33,641 nucleotides of DNA from Desulfobacteraceae bacterium (GTDB lineage Bacteria > Desulfobacterota > Desulfobacteria > Desulfobacterales > Desulfosalsimonadaceae): positions 1 to 33,641 of the forward strand of contig JAGXHH010000037.1 of NCBI GenBank assembly GCA_024636355.1. The letters are read 5' to 3'. Every line of letters starts with the position of its first letter. The stretch's first letter is position 1. Below, in pieces: positions 29,670 through 33,641 of the stretch. The notes under the pieces are model-generated. The model was not told the DNA's origin, made no database searches, and was given only the letters and a program-made list of their open reading frames with translations. Position numbers and translations under genes: made by a program.

Positions 29670-32324
29670 CTAATTCGGTACAAATCTTCGGTAATGCAGC
29701 ATTTTTTCCACATACGCATCGAGCTGGGCGCTGTCTGTTTCCGGGTTGACCAGTCCGTTGCTGGTAAAGTAGGTAACGGCATTTTTATAGTTGATTTTGG
29801 ACAGGGCTTCCTTCCGGGAAATTTCGTTGCGCTTGTACATCCGGCTGCCGAGATTCTGGATTTTTTTAATATGATCCTTTACATCAAAAATCGATTTCTG
29901 GGTGTATCGCATGAAAAAGTTTAAAACGATCCAGTAGGAATCAAAGTACGGGGTCAAAAAAGCGGCAAACAGATTCAGTTTCCGGAAGCCGACGGACGTC
30001 AGGTTATAGGTGTCGGGCAGGGTCGGGTGGGGCGTGAGTATGGCATCGTCAATAAACGCCTTGAGGTTTTTCCGGACGGTCAGTTCGATGGCCTCGTCCG
30101 GATCGAAAACGAACTCCATCTGAAAGAAATTTTTTAAAAAACGGTAATTGCCATACAGATCGGATGCGGAAAACTGAAAGGCGTCGATGGCCAGGATGGA
30201 AAGTGCGGTATACGCCCCCGGAACAAAGAGGATGGCCCCGTTATTTTTATAATAATCCAGATTCGGCCGTTTGTTTTCGATCACCTTTAAGATCGGATTG
30301 GCATTGGCGGTTCTTTTTTTATCCGTTGCCCCCCGGTCGATGTATTTATTTTGAACAAACAGATCGAGCACATAATCGATGGTGCTTTGCCGATCGATGA
30401 ACAGGGTATCGGCGAGCTTCGAGTTTTTGGCCGAAAGATGGTTCATGTACGTTTCGATATGTCCCACAAGCTGTTTGTAATAGATCCGTTTTTGGGAACT
30501 GTTGAGCATGGCGCCGGCAATTACGGCATGTGGGGTGATGACCGACTCCTGACTGATCGCGCTGATGATTTTTTCCCCGAACTGATACGCCTGCAATTTC
30601 TGCTCTTCACGTGGCAGGTCGGAAAATTCATTGGGCAGCTGGTCGAAATAGTCCTTGAGCGAAAACGGCTCGTGAAAATTCAGATAGATCTTTCCATACT
30701 TTTTTTTCAGGAATTTCCTGGCTTTAAAGACATTGCTGAGATTTTCCGCGGGTTTTTTACCGCCTTCGAGTTCATGGATGTAGGCTTTTTCCTCGAGCAC
30801 CCGGTCATATCCAATGAAAATCGGCACAAACATCATATCTTCCCAGCCGCTCTTCTGGAACGCCTCCAGGAGGAGGGACAAGAAACCGATTTTCGGGGTA
30901 AGCAGCTTGCCGGTCCGGCTTCTGCCTCCCTCGATAAAAAATTCCACGTGAAAACCTTCATCGAGAATTTTGGTGATATAGGCGGAAAAGACTTTCGGGT
31001 AAAGCGGTTCGCCCTTGAACGTGCGTCGGAGAAAAAAGGCGCCCCCTCCGCGGAATATGGGACCTATCGGCCAGAAGGACAGGTTTTTTCCGGCTGCGAT
31101 ATGTGGGCACGGCATATTGTTGTGATAAAACACATACGACAGAATCAGGTAGTCCAGGTGGCTCTTATGGCAGGGCACCAATATGAGCGGCCCCTTCTTG
31201 GACTGCTCTTTGACCCGGTTGAGCCCTTCGTAATCAATGACCATCCCGTCGAACATAAGGTGCAGAATCCACCGGAGGGTAATGTCGTACAGGCGAATCA
31301 CTTTCTGACTGTAATTGGCTGCGATTTCATCCAGGTATTCGGCCGCTTCCTTCTGGGCCTGGTATATCGACAGGCGATTTTCCCGGGCATAACCGATGAT
31401 CGATTTCTGCAATTCCGGATTTGTCAGGACTTCTTCCATGATTTCATCACGGGATTTCAGGGCCGGCCCGGTGATGCTCTGCCGATGGCGATTGATCTGA
31501 TCCAGCAGGTACCGACGGAGAAAAACGACCTGCTTTTTATGACTGAGTTCACGGATATCCGGCTTCTGCAGAAATTCGATCAGGGAAACCGGTTCGGGGG
31601 TCTCGACGATGATCTTTTTCGGACTGCTCAGCAGCATGTACAGGCGCCGGAGACGACCGGGGCGTTCCTTGGTTCCGAATACCACATCAATAATGGAAAG
31701 GCGGGTGGAATGCGGGGCCTTGTCATATAGTATCAATTGAGGAACCAGGTAAATCGGTCGATCGATCGTTTTTTGCATCTCGATAAGATAATCGATCGGG
31801 TCGGTTTTCGACTCTACAAGACGTCGATAAAGCCCTTTTTCTTCGATCAAAGAGAGCAGCGCGGATTGCCCGGAGAGCAGTTTGTTACGAAAATAATGGG
31901 TCTTGTAAGGATCCGGCAAGCTTCGATTCCGGAGAAAATAACGAATGTGAAACGCCATGCCTCTGAGAAACCGGCGAACCGGCTGCCAGATGTAGGTTCG
32001 GTAATCGAACCCGAGACTCGGGTAGGGGAGTTTATCGTGCCGAAACCGGGTATGATAGAACATGAAATCGAAAAAGCTTTTATATTTGTTAACGAATATG
32101 ATAATCCCGTTTTCTTTTTCCAGCGCTTTTAAAGAGTTTGAAAGTTTGGGGTCGATTCGGATGCGGTGAAAAAAGAAGTTGAGCACCATATTGGCCAAAA
32201 AACCGGTCCGGATCGGAATGTAAGAAAAAAACGGCGTTTTATCGGACAGATGTTCTTCCGCGGGAGGGCCTGCGGGAGCTTTTCGGCTCAGTTTCGGAAA
32301 CGTGCGTTTAAATAAGGACATCAT
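29670..32324 (-). CDS. plsB: glycerol-3-phosphate acyltransferase (PlsB-type)
   Basis: 884 aa. The HX4D acyltransferase motif VPCHKSHLDYLILSYV parallels E. coli PlsB VPCHRSHMDYLLL. FFIEGGRSRTGKLLTPKIG is also present. Confidence 0.82.
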   Translation of the reverse strand: MMSLFKRTFPKLSRKAPAGPPAEEHLSDKTPFFSYIPIRTGFLANMVLNFFFHRIRIDPKLSNSLKALEKENGIIIFVNKYKSFFDFMFYHTRFRHDKLPYPSLGFDYRTYIWQPVRRFLRGMAFHIRYFLRNRSLPDPYKTHYFRNKLLSGQSALLSLIEEKGLYRRLVESKTDPIDYLIEMQKTIDRPIYLVPQLILYDKAPHSTRLSIIDVVFGTKERPGRLRRLYMLLSSPKKIIVETPEPVSLIEFLQKPDIRELSHKKQVVFLRRYLLDQINRHRQSITGPALKSRDEIMEEVLTNPELQKSIIGYARENRLSIYQAQKEAAEYLDEIAANYSQKVIRLYDITLRWILHLMFDGMVIDYEGLNRVKEQSKKGPLILVPCHKSHLDYLILSYVFYHNNMPCPHIAAGKNLSFWPIGPIFRGGGAFFLRRTFKGEPLYPKVFSAYITKILDEGFHVEFFIEGGRSRTGKLLTPKIGFLSLLLEAFQKSGWEDMMFVPIFIGYDRVLEEKAYIHELEGGKKPAENLSNVFKARKFLKKKYGKIYLNFHEPFSLKDYFDQLPNEFSDLPREEQKLQAYQFGEKIISAISQESVITPHAVIAGAMLNSSQKRIYYKQLVGHIETYMNHLSAKNSKLADTLFIDRQSTIDYVLDLFVQNKYIDRGATDKKRTANANPILKVIENKRPNLDYYKNNGAILFVPGAYTALSILAIDAFQFSASDLYGNYRFLKNFFQMEFVFDPDEAIELTVRKNLKAFIDDAILTPHPTLPDTYNLTSVGFRKLNLFAAFLTPYFDSYWIVLNFFMRYTQKSIFDVKDHIKKIQNLGSRMYKRNEISRKEALSKINYKNAVTYFTSNGLVNPETDSAQLDAYVEKMLHYRRFVPN

Positions 32325-32643
32325 CGGCTTTAACTTTATTTATTTCGGGTGTTCAGGGAGGCGCTTCCGTTACATGTTTCAAAGTCAACCTGAGTATCAT
32401 AGATCATTTAAGATAACAATTGGACAAATTGTTTTCAAGCCATAAACCTGTAAATTAATGGCTGGCAAACAGTCAGAATTCCTTGTGCTTTCGGGATTCG
32501 GGAAAGATTTTTGCCTTGCTTTAGACAAACCGGTGTGTTAGATTTATTTTTATATTCAAAATCAGCGTATAAGATCCCCCCTTTGGGACCGACATACTGT
32601 AAATTCGAATCATGCAATCTAAATCAAAGGAGGCTATGGGTTT

Positions 32644-32928
32644 ATGAAGACTTTAATTGGTGGTGCAGTAGCGGCCGTAATCGGCGTAATCGGTCTGGCA
32701 ATCTGGTTTCAGGCGTTTCTGCAGCTTCTCGCCGGCGCCATTCCCGTCATGCTGCTTCTTGGCGGTTGCCTTGCCCTTTACCTGGGTTTCGATGAATTAA
32801 AGGATACCTGGCAGAGAGACACCGGTGTGGAACCGGCGGCTGCCGGCGGTATCGATGATCTCGATCAGGTCAAGCAGGAAAACGAATCGCTGAAAAAAGA
32901 AATCGAAGCATTAAAGGATCAGAAGTAA
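32644..32928 (+). CDS. small membrane protein with two TM helices and a C-terminal coiled-coil tail
   Basis: 94 aa with AAGGAGG 10 nt upstream of ATG 32644. The hydrophobic helices are GGAVAAVIGVIGLAIWF and AIPVMLLLGGCLALYLGF. The charged tail is QVKQENESLKKEIEALKDQK. A terminator follows. Confidence 0.6.
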   Translation: MKTLIGGAVAAVIGVIGLAIWFQAFLQLLAGAIPVMLLLGGCLALYLGFDELKDTWQRDTGVEPAAAGGIDDLDQVKQENESLKKEIEALKDQK

Positions 32929-32956
32929 GCTCTGTTTCGGTTCCGATAGCAACGCC

Positions 32957-32997
32957 AAAAACCCTGCTGCGCGAAAGCGTCTGCGGGGTTTTTTTTA
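32957..32997 (+). terminator. rho-independent terminator
   Basis: AAAAACCCTGC...(inner GCGC-GAAA-GCGT)...GCGGGGTTTTTTTT. The outer stem is 7 bp with one G-U pair, and a GAAA tetraloop caps the inner stem. A T8 run follows, about 30 nt after the stop at 32928. Confidence 0.7.
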
Positions 32998-33145
32998 TGC
33001 GGTTTTCCCGTGTCTGCGGATCGCTTCGGCCGCCAGGCGATCGGCCGCTTCGCTGTCTCATACCGATAATTCCCTTCGTTTGCGCCGCCATCCGGGCGCC
33101 TGCTCTCCAATCATCGTCCGTACTCCACGTGTAAATCCCCGGGTT

Positions 33146-33641
33146 TTAATCATAGAGACGAAACGGTTTGGTGCGGTCTGAAAAATCGTCGGCCTCGGTT
33201 TGCCATCCGTGTTTCAGTCCCGCAGGCGCCTTGCCGGCCTCCAGATCCTTTCGAATCTGCGGATCACCCAGAATCAGGTCAATGGGCATTTTTTCCCATT
33301 CGTACTCATAGGGCGGGGCTTTCCATTCAAACCGGTCGCCGTGATGCCGGATGACAGCTGCGAGCAATCTCAGGGTGGTTTCATAGGGGGCAAAGGCGAA
33401 CGGGTCGGTGACATGGATCTGAAAGCCCTGACAGTGACTTCCCGCCCATTTGCCGGATGTCGGCTCAAAGACAACAGGGCGCAGGATGGCACCGGTGACG
33501 CGATTGCCGCCCATTTCCCCAAGCAGTTTGTCCGTATCGATAAACGGGGCGCCGAAGAGTTCGAACGGCTGGGTGGTGCCCCGACCTTCCGAAACATTTG
33601 TGCCTTCCCAGATCACCTGGCCGGGATAGACCATGGCCGAT
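33146..33641 (-). CDS. DUF1343 / NamZ-like exo-beta-N-acetylmuramidase, C-terminal part (N-terminus lies beyond the window)
   Basis: The frame stays open to the window edge. VYPGQVIWEGTNVSEGRGTTQPFELFGAPFID matches the conserved DUF1343 core (...EGTN-SEGRGTT-PFE-IGAP). Confidence 0.72.
   Translation of the reverse strand, partial: SAMVYPGQVIWEGTNVSEGRGTTQPFELFGAPFIDTDKLLGEMGGNRVTGAILRPVVFEPTSGKWAGSHCQGFQIHVTDPFAFAPYETTLRLLAAVIRHHGDRFEWKAPPYEYEWEKMPIDLILGDPQIRKDLEAGKAPAGLKHGWQTEADDFSDRTKPFRLYD

Overview
This 33.6-kb chromosomal window probably comes from a Desulfobacterota or deltaproteobacterium-like anaerobe. That assignment is an inference from gene content (selC, larC, mglA, plsB) and the style of the intergenic repeats, and it is not verified. 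Housekeeping genes sit on both sides: mutS (broken by one in-frame TAG), an AmiC-type amidase and purB on the left; an M20 peptidase, larC, pgpA, thpR, recA and alaS on the right. Further right is a minus-strand envelope block: plsB, a fused MurU/AmgK-like gene, a dapB-like gene and an orphan family-5 solute-binding protein, plus a NamZ/DUF1343 fragment at the window edge. The part worth a second look is an 11-gene, co-directional block at 5958-17121, between purB and a tRNA-Sec gene. It encodes a Roadblock/MglB-like protein, an MglA-family Ras-like GTPase and two unknown proteins. These are followed by a zinc-ribbon/sensor/HAMP membrane protein with no output domain, two DUF4388/PATAN-type proteins (one fused to a receiver domain) and a second Roadblock protein. 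The block ends with a GspE/PilB-family ATPase carrying a long TPR-like N-terminal extension and a translationally coupled PilZ plus class III cyclase pair. No pilus, secretion-platform or gliding-motor genes are present. I read this as an uncharacterised small-GTPase polarity or signalling module wired to a secretion-type ATPase and to nucleotide second messengers. Other observations are an amber codon splitting mutS, selC with a good promoter, structured intergenic repeats, an internal duplication in the amidase and an unusual basic RecA tail. I found no CRISPR array, transposase, integrase or rRNA.
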